A DNA stretch of 64,000 nucleotides from the human T2T-CHM13v2.0 reference genome, Homo sapiens, in the NCBI RefSeq assembly GCF_009914755.1, contig NC_060925.1. One strand, given 5' to 3'. The notes below the pieces were generated by a model. It saw nothing but the letters and a program-made list of their open reading frames with translations. It did no database searches and was not told the DNA's origin. This document shows positions 1 to 29,300 of this stretch, piece after piece; position 1 is the stretch's first letter, and each line of letters begins with the position of its first letter. A program made the translations under genes and the position numbers.

Positions 1-189
1 ATGACATGAAGCCTGGAGTCTCAAGGCCGAGACTGCAAAAGAAGAGTCCATCCTCCTATCCCCTCTGCTCTGAACTCTCTTCATGATCCTGAAGGTGCTT
101 GGTACCTGGAGACTACGGAGCCAGCCTGCCGGGGTTCTAGTCTGAACTCAGTCACTTCCCAGCTGTGTAACTTTGGACAAGTTACTTAA

Positions 190-682
<493 letters not shown>

Positions 683-2574
683 TCACTCACTCACTCACTG
701 TTCATTCACTGATTCGCTCCTACATGCCATCCGCCACTTACACACCCCTCCCTCTTCACCGTCATCTGTTAAGCAATCCCCGTGTGCCCGGCTCTCTCCT
801 CTCGGTCCTCCCAGCCCCCCTTTGCCAGTCTTGGATGGTGCCCGCCGTGCTGCCAATTACCCTAACAATTTCATTAATTCCTCTCAAGCCCAAAACAAAC
901 AAGAAGGACCTATCTGGAGCAGGGGTCACGTGCTAAGACCAGAAGCAGGTGTGGGACAAACCCTCTAGGACGAGTTCTTTGACCAGAGTTCATCACCGGA
1001 GCTGCTCCAGAGATGGCCGGGCCTCCCCACCTGCAGGTGCCCGGCCAGTGCCCCCCACCCCGGGCAGCCTCACCCACTCCCCTCTTTGAGTAAAGGTAAA
1101 GGGACTTGCCCAAGGCTGGGTTCTCCCACATCCCGACTGCACCTGTCCACATTTCAGGCTTCATTCATGCCAGGAGCCCCAGACCTGCTCCATGCACCAG
1201 CTCCGCCCAAGCCTGGAGCCCCGGGCTGGCTGAGGTGAGAGCCCCAAAGCTCGAGCCCATTTCAGCAGCTAACAATTAGAGCTGGTGTGAACATGATGAC
1301 TGCATGCTGATTAATGTAAGATGGCTGAGCAGAAGATCCCGCCATTTCCTTCCCCACAGGCCCTGGGAGAACAGGTCCCGCTGGGGAAGACTCTGTCGTG
1401 TTCTGCAAAAGCCATTTCTTGAGCACGTCCTGCAGGCCGGGCACTGCGCTGGGCACTTGATTCCTTTCAACAGCATGACATGGTGGGAGGACAACTTGCC
1501 TCTCATTGATGAAGAAACGGAGGCTCAGAGAGGTAAAGGAACTTGCCCAAGGCCACACAGCCAGTCAGTGTGGTCCTGGAATTCCAATCCAGGTCTTCTC
1601 TTGCTGATTCCTACCCCCAGGGATGAGCCAGTTTGACATTTGTGGAACTGGAGAGAGGCTGGGTTTGGGCATAAGGTGATGTTTAGGCCAGAGGGTGGAG
1701 AAGGAGAGGACAGCCAGAGAGGCAGAGCCAAGCGCCAGGCAGGAACAATGGTACAGGGCAGGTAACGGGAGCCTGGCCAGCTCTGGGACTCCTGGGCAGG
1801 CCCTGCTGGGCCCTGCGAGCAACAGGCTCACCCTGTGGAGCTGCCAGGGTGACAGCAGCCTCGATCTGCTGACTCAACGAGTGCATCGGCCTTTTCCTGG
1901 AAAACAGTAGACGCAGTGTGGGTGTCGGAGGGAGGCACCTGTTTGGGAAAAGGGTGTGTGGGAACCCTGTCCTGCCCTGCAGCTCCCCACAGCCAGTGTA
2001 CAGGTACTTAGCTCCAGGTGCCCCCCGAACCTCCCACCACCTGCCCAGACCCCAGAAGCCACCGGATCCAGGAGTCCGAGCCAGCTGTGGGCTGAGTCCA
2101 TGGTGCCACCAAGGCTCTGCATGACCAGTGCTGCCAGCCACCACCTCAGCCAAGCAGCACAGCCTCTCAGGGCATGTCCCCACTTGCTGTCTGCAGAGCC
2201 TTGTTTTGCCCCACCCTGAAGGGGCAGGTGTAGACGAGCATTGAGGCAGGTCTATGTGACACCACTTGCTGTCACTCTTCTTTGGGAGGTATCAGGGCCA
2301 CTCTGCCACGGGGCACAGCTTAGGGCCTCCATGGAATCTGGTCTGAAGGATCCCGCTGCCCAGAGGGGGGTCAAGAATACGGAATGGGTTCAGGAGCACC
2401 CCCTGTCTTCAGGATCCATTTGGGGGAGGTCCCAGCAGGGCCAGTCACAGACACTTGTCACACCCTGGAGGGGATAATAGGATCTGGGGCTCAGCCTCCA
2501 CCAATTTCATCACCACACACCACACCCAGGCAAGGGAGAGCAGAGGCATCAGCAGGGCCTGGCTGAGGGGCTGA

Positions 2575-3972
<1,398 letters not shown>

Positions 3973-4398
3973 TGGGCAGAGCTCCTCCTGAGAGCCCGTC
4001 TGAGTGGGCTCGGGTACAGCACTGGCACATTCTCCGTGTCTTCACTTCCAGCCTCTCAAGCTGTTGTGAGAATCCTGGGGGCTGGGGAACATGCTTACAC
4101 TTTGAGCTGGAATCGCTGCAGAGCTAGGGTCGGGGAAGTTGTGATAGTCAAGGGCTTCGGGGAGTAGGCCTAGGTCTGGTGGGTCTGGTTTCAAAGAAGC
4201 TCTGCCTTTTACTTGCTGTGTGACTTCAGGCAAGTCACTTCTCCTCTCTGAGCTTCCCTTTCCTTCTTAGTAAAGTTTGGCTGAGTTGAACAGAACCTGC
4301 TCCTAGCAGAGTTACAAGGATTAAAGGGCATAATTGGTGCCAATGGAGTGGTAAACAACACTCAGTGCACAGTGGCGGTGATTTTTATTGTCCCCTTA

Positions 4399-4870
<472 letters not shown>

Positions 4871-5291
4871 TACACCAATATAAAGAATGGATACATTATG
4901 TGAGTTACTGTGCCATGTGATAATGAAGTTCAAATTGTAAATACAACCACTAACTATTTCTGTGATTCATATTTTTATATAAGAAAAATAAAAAGAAGAA
5001 GAAGAACTTGACATGAAGGACTGGGACATCATAGGACCAAGGGGGTGGTCTCTGGAGCCTCTGAGCATGTTTCAGACTTAGGAACCCTCACAGCTGAGGC
5101 CAGGACTGGCCATGTGCTCCTGTCTCCAGGGCTCTATGCCCTCCCTTCCCTCTACCCAGCCCACTGCCCCTGCCCCTACTCCCTACCCCTGCCCCACAGA
5201 CACAGCCAAGCCTCAGGGGGACTCAACCCACAGGAATGTGGGCAATGAGCAGGCTGCGCTCGGAGGACCCCGCTATCCCAGCCCTGGGCTC

Positions 5292-5309
5292 TGCCGCCCT
5301 CTGGTGGCT
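5292..5309 (-). promoter_or_regulatory. Candidate CTCF site
   Basis: Reverse complement GCCACCAGAGGGCGGCA matches the CCASYAGRKGGCRS core without mismatch. Confidence 0.55.
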
Positions 5310-5392
5310 GGGCTGGGAAGGATGCTGCTCCCATTACTGCCGTTGTAGAACCGCAATTGCCCTAAAAAAATAAAATGCTGTTGCTGCTACTC

Positions 5393-5430
5393 ATGATGAT
5401 GACGATGATGGCGATGACGATGATGATGAT
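5393..5430 (+). repeat. Imperfect (GAT)n microsatellite
   Basis: atgatgatgacgatgatggcgatgacgatgatgatgat. Confidence 0.8.
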
Positions 5431-5660
5431 ATTCATTGCTTTATGGTTTGCCAAGTACCTTCTCCGTCAATCATAGGCTGCACCAAACAGAGTGCAGGGT
5501 TCTGGACTGAAATCAGATGGGAATGTAAGTCCCTAGTCAAGTTCCAACTGATTATGTGACCTTGGGCAAGTCATGTCACTTCCTTGAGCCTCAGACTCCT
5601 CATCTGTGGAACGGGGTGACAAAAATAGGGTTGTTATAAGGATTAAAAGACCTAACACCT

Positions 5661-5972
5661 GGCCGGGCGTGGTGACTCATGCCTGTAACACCAGCACTTT
5701 GGGAGGCCGAGGTAGGAGGACTGCTTGAGCTCAGGAGTTTGAGACCAGCCCGGGCAAATGGTGAAACCCCACCTCCACTAAAAATACAAAAAATAGCCAA
5801 GCATGTTGGCACATGCCTGTAATTCCAGCTACTCAGGAGGCCGAGACTTGAGAATCGCTTGAACCCAGGAGGTGGAGATTGCAGTGAGCCTAGATCACAC
5901 CACTGCACTCCAGCCTGGGCGACAGAATGAGACTCTTGTCAAAAACAAAACAAACAACAACAACAACAACAA
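5661..5972 (+). mobile_element. Alu with (CAA)n tail
   Basis: Dimeric Alu sequence. Confidence 0.88.
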
Positions 5973-6897
5973 ACCATCTATTGAACTAAATTGGCCTCCA
6001 AAATATACCCTTCTGGAATTTAGGTGGCTATTAAAAGACCTAACACCTGGCACTTGGGTTGGAGAGAATAACATGGCTGTCGTTATATACTAATCCTTGG
6101 CCAGTCTGTCCTGGGAGATCAACTCCCCTTTGCATAGGGCTTTTTCGAAGTCCTTTTCCAAGGCATCACCTTCTTGTAGCTGCATTATCATGCCCGTTTA
6201 CCAGATGAGGAAACTGAGGCTCAGAGAGGGGAAGCAGCTTGCCTAGAGCATCGTGGCTTATAAGTTAAAGCAAGACTCAAGCCAGGTCCACCTGCCTCCA
6301 AACCCGGTGCTGGACTTTCCCACACCCTGCTTTGGAAACTCTAAGGAACCTTCCAATCCCCCAAATCCTATTGCCTCATTTAAGTAAAGCAGGCCTGGTT
6401 TCTGCCTCCTTCAGTGCCCCTCTTCTCCTCCCACACCCTTCCAGCAGCCGAAACGCTAGACCCAATAGCTTACCCCTTCCTCCTTCCTGACCAGCTCCCA
6501 ACCCTCAGGGCAGCTCATGAGCCAAGAGCTTGAGAGTGGCTTCCAAAGGTCATCCTCTCCACCCCGCTGTGCCCCACCCAAGCAGATGACTGTTCATCCT
6601 GTTCTTCACGCTGCTCAGGGGAAGAAATTCCCCAGCTTCACTCCCTCCACTCGCCCAGGTGTCTGAGACAGTTCCCACAGCTGGCAAACTCTGCCTTAAG
6701 TCCCACCAGAGTCCCTCCTGCTACAACGTCAGCCCATTTATTTTAGTTCTTTCTCCCAGTAGCATCAGAAATACAATCTGGGGGAGACAAACGCCGGGAG
6801 AGTGGGATCCTGGGAAGGGGAAGGCACACTTGGGGACAGGAAGTGAGAGCAAACCCAGGTTCAAATCCCGGTCAGGGTGACAAGAGTGGCCAAGCGA

Positions 6898-7193
<296 letters not shown>

Positions 7194-7736
7194 GAGCGGC
7201 CCAGTGGGTCTCCTGGTGTCCAGGGCAGTCTCAGCCCAGATGGGGCAGCCCCGCCCACAGCCCGAGGGCATCCAGACCCTCCACCCCACCATACTGGCAC
7301 CAAGTAGCTCAAATGAGGGAAGAGAGCTGGGGTGGGACTTGGAAGCAGAGCGGGTCTGAGGGGCAATTATGAGCTCGGGCTCAGGGTTCATGCAGAGCCA
7401 GGCTCAGACCCAGCAACAAATATTCACTGAGCTGCTCCTGGGTTCCAGGCATGGCAGCTGGCAATGAGGCCACAGCACTGGGAAGACAGCCAGAGGCCCT
7501 TTCTTCATGGATTTCACGGTCCAGTGGGGGAGACAACAGAAAACAGGTCACCACATGGATCAACAAGGAATCCCAGAGTGGCCACTCGGCTCTGCACTGT
7601 CCCCCTCCTGTCACCTCCATTTCAGCTCTCAGGATGCAGCTTCAGTGGCACCACCTCCAGGAAGCCCACCCTGACTGCCAGTGAGGACAGGCTGCTCCCT
7701 TATTTGTGCCCCCACAGCCCCACAGTTTGCATTGTG

Positions 7737-8375
7737 TAAGCTTTCAGCTGAAATTTAACTCCCATGCAGAAAAGCACACAGATCTTAGGCGCCCAGCCTG
7801 ATGGACTGGTCCCAAAGTGCACAGCCCTGTGGAAGCAACATCAGCAGTCCCTCCCTAAGCAGTCACTACTTCAGCTGCAGGCGCTCCCCACCCTGACCTC
7901 GATCCATCAATTAGTCTGCCTGGTTTTGTACTTTATGCAAATCAACTAATTTGTTTTGTTGTTGTTTTTTTTTTTTTTTTTGGCGTCTGGCTTCTCTCAC
8001 GTTCAGTCTAGATTCGCCTATGCAGACACAGACAGTACTTGTAGTTGTAGACGGTTTAGTCTCGTGACTGTGTAGTGTTCCACTGTGTGAATATACCAGG
8101 ATTTTCATTTTACTATTGATGAGCATTTGGGTAGTTTCTAGCATTTTGGCTATTAATGGATAATACTGCTAAAAACATGCTAATTCAGGTCTTTTTGGGC
8201 ACATATGTACCCATTTCTGTTGGGTGTATACCCAAAGAAAGCAGTGGAATGTCTGGGTCATAGCATAGGCAAGTTCAGCTTTTGCAGATGCAGCCAAGCT
8301 GTTTTCCAAAGTAGCTGTGCCAATTCACACCCCACCAACCGTGTAGAATTCCTGCTGCCCCACATCCTGACAACA
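7737..8375 (-). mobile_element. Old L1M 3' fragment, antisense
   Basis: Typical antisense L1M text such as tttcattttactattgatgagcatttgggtagtttc and ttttccaaagtagctgtgccaattcacac. Confidence 0.6.
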
Positions 8376-8524
8376 CTCTGTGTGGGGCCCTGCACTTCAC
8401 CTGTTTACTTGTCTGTCTCACCATTAGGGAGTGTCACCAAGGATGGGGATGCTGCTGATGTCCTTTGGTCCATAGGTGACACAATCAGAGAGGAGAATGA
8501 AGGGGATTGGAAAGATGGAAAGAG

Positions 8525-8816
8525 AGCTGGGCGTAGTAGTGTACGCCTGTAGTCCCAGCTACTCGGTAGGCTAGGACAAGAATCACTTGAACCCACGAGG
8601 TGGAGGTTGCAGTGAACTGAGATCGTGCCACTGCGTTCCAGCCTGGGCGACAGAGCAAGAAAAAAGAAGGGAAGGAAGGGAGGGAGGGAGGGAGGAAGGA
8701 AAGAAGGGAGGAAGGAAGGAAGGAGAAGGAAGGAAGAAATGAAGGAAGGAAGAAGGAAGAAAGGAAGGAAGGAAAGAAGAAAGGAAGGGAGGGATGGAGG
8801 GAGGGAGGGAGGGAGG
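8525..8816 (+). repeat. Alu right monomer followed by (GGAA/GGGA)n purine tract
   Basis: Alu 3' arm at 8525-8668, then a near-pure A/G run. Confidence 0.85.
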
Positions 8817-9896
8817 ACATCAACAAAGAAGCAAGCCACACTGTCTGCCCCAGAGCTGAAGTGCCTGCTGGGCTGAAGCCAGGGCTCACTGGTTCATATG
8901 AAACCTCAGTGTGCCCTGAAAATGAACAATCAAATAAGTTTCTTTCTCAACAGTTTCATTTCAGGACAAAATCTTCTAAACAATAGGCTCAGAGTTTGGG
9001 GACCAGGAGGAATGAGGAGGGGTAGCAGGGTCCCTACACTCTCTGCAGAGCAGGATCGCTGCAGAGAAGGGCATGGGCACTGGGTGGGGAGGAGCTCCTG
9101 AAGGACTGGAGACTGGCTGGGCAGACAGCCTCAGGGGCCAAAACTCCCACCCTAGACGCCATCTCCAGGTCCTGTCCTGCAGATACCACCCCCCAGCTTC
9201 CTCCTCCTTCTGCGGCAAGCAGGAGCAGGGCCCTGGGTCCTTGGCCAAAGCCCCTCGCAGGGCATGGTGGGCAGAGGCAGGCACCACTGAGAGAGGGGCT
9301 CCCCTGAGATGCCTGGCCCGGATCTACCCCCTGGGCAGGTGGGCAGGGAGCAGGTGAGGAATGAGGGAAGTGGGCCCAGTGAGCAGCCCTGGCCTCCTTG
9401 CCTGAAGCACAGCCCCAAAGCCAGCCCCCTGGCCCCCAGCAGTCTAAACCAGACTCAGGTGTCAGCCAGATTCCAGATGTGCCAGGGCAGGCTGAATGCA
9501 GGAGAGCCTGTTTCCTCTGCTCTGCCAAGCTGCTGCCAAGTTGGGCGCTCTTCAGGCAGACTCAGCACTGGAAGAAACACGCAGGCCCCTTGGTCTCTAC
9601 TCAGTACAGGAAACCCATTCCCAGACTGCCTGAGTTCCTTCAATCCTCAGGGGACGGGGGCCTCCCCACCTCGCAAGGGCCCCCATGCTCTGGCTGTGCA
9701 GCTCTGACACAATAAAAGCCACCACTTCTCGTGACTAATTATGGGCCAGACACTGTGTCAACCACTTACATACTTCATTTCATGGTGGCTCCATGAGGCA
9801 GGAAACGTTATCACCGTCCCCATTTTGCAGATGGGGCTTGGAGCCTTAAAGAGGCTGTAAAGAGAGTTGGTGTCTTGCCTAAAAATCACATGGTGC

Positions 9897-10144
9897 GTAT
9901 ATACACACACGTATATATTATATATGTATACATACATTATATATGTAAGTATATATTATATATTAACATATATGTATACATGTGTATTTATATATACATA
10001 TATTTATGTATGTGTATATAGACACACATATATGTATATATAGACATATATGTGTGTCTATATGTATACACATATATAAATATATGTATATATATGTGTG
10101 CGTGTGTGTGTGTATATATATATAGATATCTATCTATCTATCTA

Positions 10145-10182
<38 letters not shown>
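9897..10182. repeat. (TA)n/(TG)n/(TATC)n compound microsatellite
   Basis: About 285 bp of alternating purine-pyrimidine sequence ending in a pure (TA)n run. Confidence 0.95.
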
Positions 10183-10185
<3 letters not shown>

Positions 10186-10255
10186 CCCACCTCTGTCTGA
10201 TGAGAGGGCCTAGAAGCAGTGACGCCTCAGCAGCAATAAGCACACCCTGTCTCTA

Positions 10256-10810
<555 letters not shown>

Positions 10811-10837
10811 ATGCAGAGGTCCATGCTGATAGAAATG

Positions 10838-11163
10838 CAGTCATATGCTGCATAGTGACATTCTACATTGCCAGTCAACAATGGACCGCATAGATGATGG
10901 TGGTTCCATAAAGTTACAGCGGAGCTGAAGAATTCCTATTGCCTAGTGATCTGTGTTACAGTACAGTAACGTGCCTACGGTGTTCGGTACAGTAACATGC
11001 AGCACAGGTTACCAGGAGCTGTAGGCTACACCACATAGCCTAAGTGTGTAGCAGGCTCCTCCATCTAGGTGCGTGTAACAGCCCTCTATGATGGTCTCAC
11101 AATGACCAAATTGCCTAACAGTGCTTTCTTTGAATGTATCCACCATTAAGCAATGCATGACTG
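10838..11163 (+). mobile_element. Tigger3/MER7-type DNA transposon remnant
   Basis: Terminal inverted repeats CAGTCAT...ATGACTG; internal GTCAACAATGGACCGCATAGATGATGGTGGTTCCATAA. Confidence 0.7.
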
Positions 11164-11306
11164 TAAATGACTTCCCAAATAAATGGAAGGAAAGGAATAA
11201 AACTTCCTTACAGAAGAATTCCAAATAATTGGCCCCAAGTATATCCGCCCCCGCCAACTTGAATGTGGGCTCAAATTGCTTCCAAAGAACAGAATTTGAA
11301 AAGGGG

Positions 11307-12500
<1,194 letters not shown>

Positions 12501-12527
12501 AGAAAGAAAGTAAGAGAAGAGAGAGGA

Positions 12528-13790
<1,263 letters not shown>

Positions 13791-14416
13791 ATTCCAATGT
13801 GTCTGCTTCCTAAGCCCACATGCTCCTTCGTCCCTATACTACACCATGATAGAAAGTCATTCCCAGAGACTTCCTCATGGATCTGAGCTTCTCCCCACCT
13901 GTCCCACGTTTGCCCTCTGGATCACCCTGACTCACCTGTTTTCTTTGCCCCATGACCTCCCTTGGAGGGTTGAAGGATGCTCCCAGCCCCACAGGTGTTC
14001 ACATCTCCAAGTTCATTATTCCCAGGCCCTTCCACTCTTTTGGGTGATGTAATAAGCATTGGCCTCTCTAGCACCCACCCCTCCTTTGCAGCAGCCACCA
14101 CGTTCCACTTGGGGATCCACGGGATTCCAGGGAAGACAACTCCCCAGCCTGGCTCCAGGGATAGAGCACAGGACTTAGGCTAGGCCCATCCGCACCACCA
14201 TGATCAGCCCAGAGGTAGCCATGTGAGCCAAGCTGATCCAACCAGAGAGAATCCCAGGACTCTGGGAAGGCTGAGACAAGGACAATTCTCTTATTCCATG
14301 TTTGATGTGAATGAAGAAGCCCCTGGAAGCCTTAGGATAAAGCCAACACCAAGGACAACAGAGTAGAAAAATGGAAAGATCTGGGTCCTCAGTGACATCA
14401 TTGAGCCACTGGATCA

Positions 14417-15203
<787 letters not shown>

Positions 15204-15467
15204 AAGAACTAATCAAATCTCTTTAATGTTTAAGCCTATTTGTATCTGATATTTTGTTACTTGCAGCCAAAAGCAGCCTAGCTGATACACAATCGTCCCC
15301 CTGCCCCCTGGTCACCCTTACAGCTCAGAGATGAACTCTAGAGAAATGCAAAGCCCCAGTTGGGAGCCAGCCGGAGACTCTCCTGGTCTTTAGCTGGGAA
15401 AATAGGACTGTGGGGGTGGGGGCAGCATCAGATGGATCACAGACTCCAAGCAAAGGCATGATAGGAG

Positions 15468-15473
15468 TTTATT
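15468..15473 (-). terminator. ARHGEF19: ARHGEF19 polyadenylation signal AATAAA
   Basis: TTTATT on plus strand, about 460 nt downstream of the stop codon. Confidence 0.8.
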
Positions 15474-15934
15474 TACAGACAAGACACAGCAACCAGCACC
15501 CACTCAGGCTCTGACCAGGGGAGGTGGTAGACAAGACCCCAGATATATATAAATATACATATAGGTCCCAGCACCATCAGCACCAGAACGTTCCCCAGCC
15601 AGGTCCCTGCCAGAAGGACCAAGAGTCAGGCAGGATTGAGGACATAGAAAGGAGAGGGCCCCAGTCTTTGCCAGGTATCAGTGATCACCTGTTATGGTCC
15701 CCATGTCAGAGGAAGAAACTATCCTTGGCCTTGAAGTGTGGACACTGAGGAGCATGAGGACGGAGAGACCCTCTGGAGGCGCCCCCATTCCTGTGTCCAG
15801 CCTGTGCCCTCAATGCCAAGGCCACAGAAGCGAAGTGCCAGCAGGAGCAGCTTGGGGAATGGAGACACTGCAGGCCCCTCCAGGACCATCCAGGAGCCAG
15901 GCATGGAGGTGGGGTCCTAGGCCATGGCTGCCCA

Positions 15935-26384
<10,450 letters not shown>

Positions 26385-29300
26385 TCCTCTTTTGCTCTGC
26401 CACCCACCTGGCCCTGCAGAAGAGAAGATATCAGACCTAGACAGAGGACAGTGGGGCTGGCCAGTAAGCCACCACCCCTGGAGGCCTGGACAAACCCCTG
26501 TGTACACTTGTGTACACACATCTCCACAAACACACTCACATGTCTAATTATATAGAAATAGCTGATACTTGCTTGGCATTGCCTGAATGATAGGCCAAGT
26601 ACTTTACACATACTATCTCATTTAATCCTCACAACAACCCTGTGAGTTGATGCTCTTATTATCCCCATTTTATAGGTGAGGAAACTGAGGCACAGAGAGG
26701 TTATTTGGTAAATGGTGGAGCCAGGATTCTAACCTGGCCGTTCTAGCTTTGAAATCGATGATTTTAACCACCTTGTACTTCTCTAAAACACACTGACATG
26801 TCACCAGACATGCAAATACATACATTGTCACACAAATCCATTTCCCAACATATACATCCACACTACATTTTCTCCCAAGTATAGAATGACATGTACACTT
26901 TCATAGATACAGACATTTCAAACTCAGGCTCACACAGTCACAGACACACACATTTTTACACAACCGCATACATTCACAGACAACTCCTCACAAACACGCT
27001 GACCCGTCCGATATTTACACAGGCACCCAAGATTTCTCACCCTCCTGTTCCCTTCACATGCACACAGACACACACCAGCCCACAGGTCCTTGCTCTGATG
27101 TTTCTCCCCCCATCTCCCCGACCCTTGCCCAGAGTTGCGGCCTTCAGTGCTGAGTGGTGCCCACACCCATGCCAAGTTGGCTGGGAGGGTCATGGACTGG
27201 CAGGCGGGCCACCACCCAGATCAGGCAGGGGCCTTCTCGAAGTTCAAAGAGGTGCCCCAGCACCCCCGGCTTGGAGTGAAAGAGGGGCTGTCCCCCACCC
27301 CAGCTTCCAGCCCCTGGGTGGGCCAGGCTGGATGGGTCCTTTCTGGGCAGGAAGTTATCCCTGGGGAGCCAGCCCTCCGATCGGGGCAGGCCTGATGATC
27401 TGAGAGGCCCAAGCCCCCACAGCTCTTGCCCTGTGGCCCTCTGCCAGCCTCCCTCCTGCAGCCCCTCACCTCTCTGGGCCCAGGCCCGCTGCTGATGCTG
27501 TTTGGCTGTTCCGGCAGGGGAAGCCCTCTCTCTGCCCAGCTGGCTGGGGGAGATCCCACCCAGACAAAGAGTTTGATTCATCAAACCCTGTGGTGAGGCA
27601 AGCAGGGAGGGAGGGAGGGAGCAGGCAGCGGGCTGGGCGGGGGCCTACCCTAGCCTGGCCTCGCTGTGGGCAGGCCGGGCAGCCAGGACCCCCCAGAGGC
27701 CCCCTCAGGCCAAAGGGGCAGTGCCCAGCCTGGCAGGACCAGGAGAGCCAGGAAATGAAGACTGAGAGAGACCCAGAGAAACAGAGACCACTTAGCCAGT
27801 AACTGAGAAACCAAGACCCCAAGACGTTCAAAAACAGAAAAACCACAGATGCTGAGACATTCAGGGACCCAGAGATGGAGACAGAGACACTGACAATTTC
27901 AGGCCAACCAGATCCTCAGAGACACAGATGAAGCCCAGAAAACCCAGGGAGACAGATGGACAAACATTTCATGCCCGTGGGCTGCCAGTCTAGTGGGAGA
28001 GCCAAAAATGAAAACAGTTACAATCCAGGTTGGCAAGAGCCAAGCCAGAGGAACCATCAGAGGAGGGTGCTCGGCTCAACTCAACCTGGGTATTCCAGGA
28101 AGACTTCCTGGAGGAGGTGATAGGTAACTGCTCCACGGCTGAAATACATAGTGCACTTAGAGGGAAAGCCTTGGCCTGAACAGTGACAGTGTCAGTCACT
28201 ATTGGAGACAGGGAGGGAGAAGAGGACCCAGCGAGAGATGGCTGGGTCTATGGCAGGCCCCAGTCTCTCTGCACAGCTTCTCAACTGCTTCCCCCTGCTC
28301 CCTTCACCCTGCTGTCTGGGAGGGTGGGAAGAAGGGGACTGGCTGCTCCAAAGGGGTCCTCTCTACGGTGGCCACTCTGGCTTGTACCATCAGCCTCTGT
28401 CCCTCTAGCCTGAAAAGTACCCATCTGAGCGAGTCTCCCTAAGCCTCGGTCTCCTCATCCGGCAAATAGGATAGTATTTTTATTATCATCAGTCTTTCTC
28501 TAGACAGAAGGCAGCTCAGGCCTTCACACAGATGGGGAAGATGAAGGAGTGAGGCTGAGACACACATTATATCGCAGGAGTGTGCACAAGGAGGCCCCTG
28601 CCCACAGACGGGTCTCTTTCTCTGCAGGAATCAGAAGTCCTCGACACAGAAGTCCCACTTGCTTCTGGGGGCACACATGTGCAGGCATGTACACATGCCC
28701 CCTGCCCCTTTGTATGCTGGGAGATTCTAGCACTTGGGTTCTGGAAGCTCCTGGAGGGCAGGGAGGGACCCTCTCTCCCATGGCTCACAGGGATAAGTAG
28801 GCAAAACATTGAGGCTTTGCAGCAGGAGCACCCCCAGTTAAGGCTGCAGAGGAGAAGGCTAGGTGAATGTGGGGAGAGGGGACATAGAAGGCTTCCCGGG
28901 GAGATGAAGCTGGAGGCAGGTCCCTAGCAGGGAAGAAGTCAGGAGTGTGTCAGCCTCCACCTATGCTCAAGCCAAGGGGTAATAAGAATGACCCATCTAG
29001 CTGGGATGCCAGCCCTGTGGCCCTCCAGGGGTTTGGCCCACCCAACCTCAATGCTGGGGAGCTAAGAGGGACAAGCTGTGTTCATATTGTGTGTAGCTCA
29101 TCTCTGTTAGAAAAAAACAAACAAAAACCTCAGAAAGAGAACTGGCCCCAGACAGCAGGGACATTACCTTCCCAAGGCACGATCACAGGATAGAGACTCT
29201 TGTGTCTACTAGGCAAGGGCCACTCTGGAGCCCAAAAAGAATAACCTCCGCCCAAGCTTTGAGGCCCAGTGTTGACACTGACCAGCTGTGTGGCCTTAGG

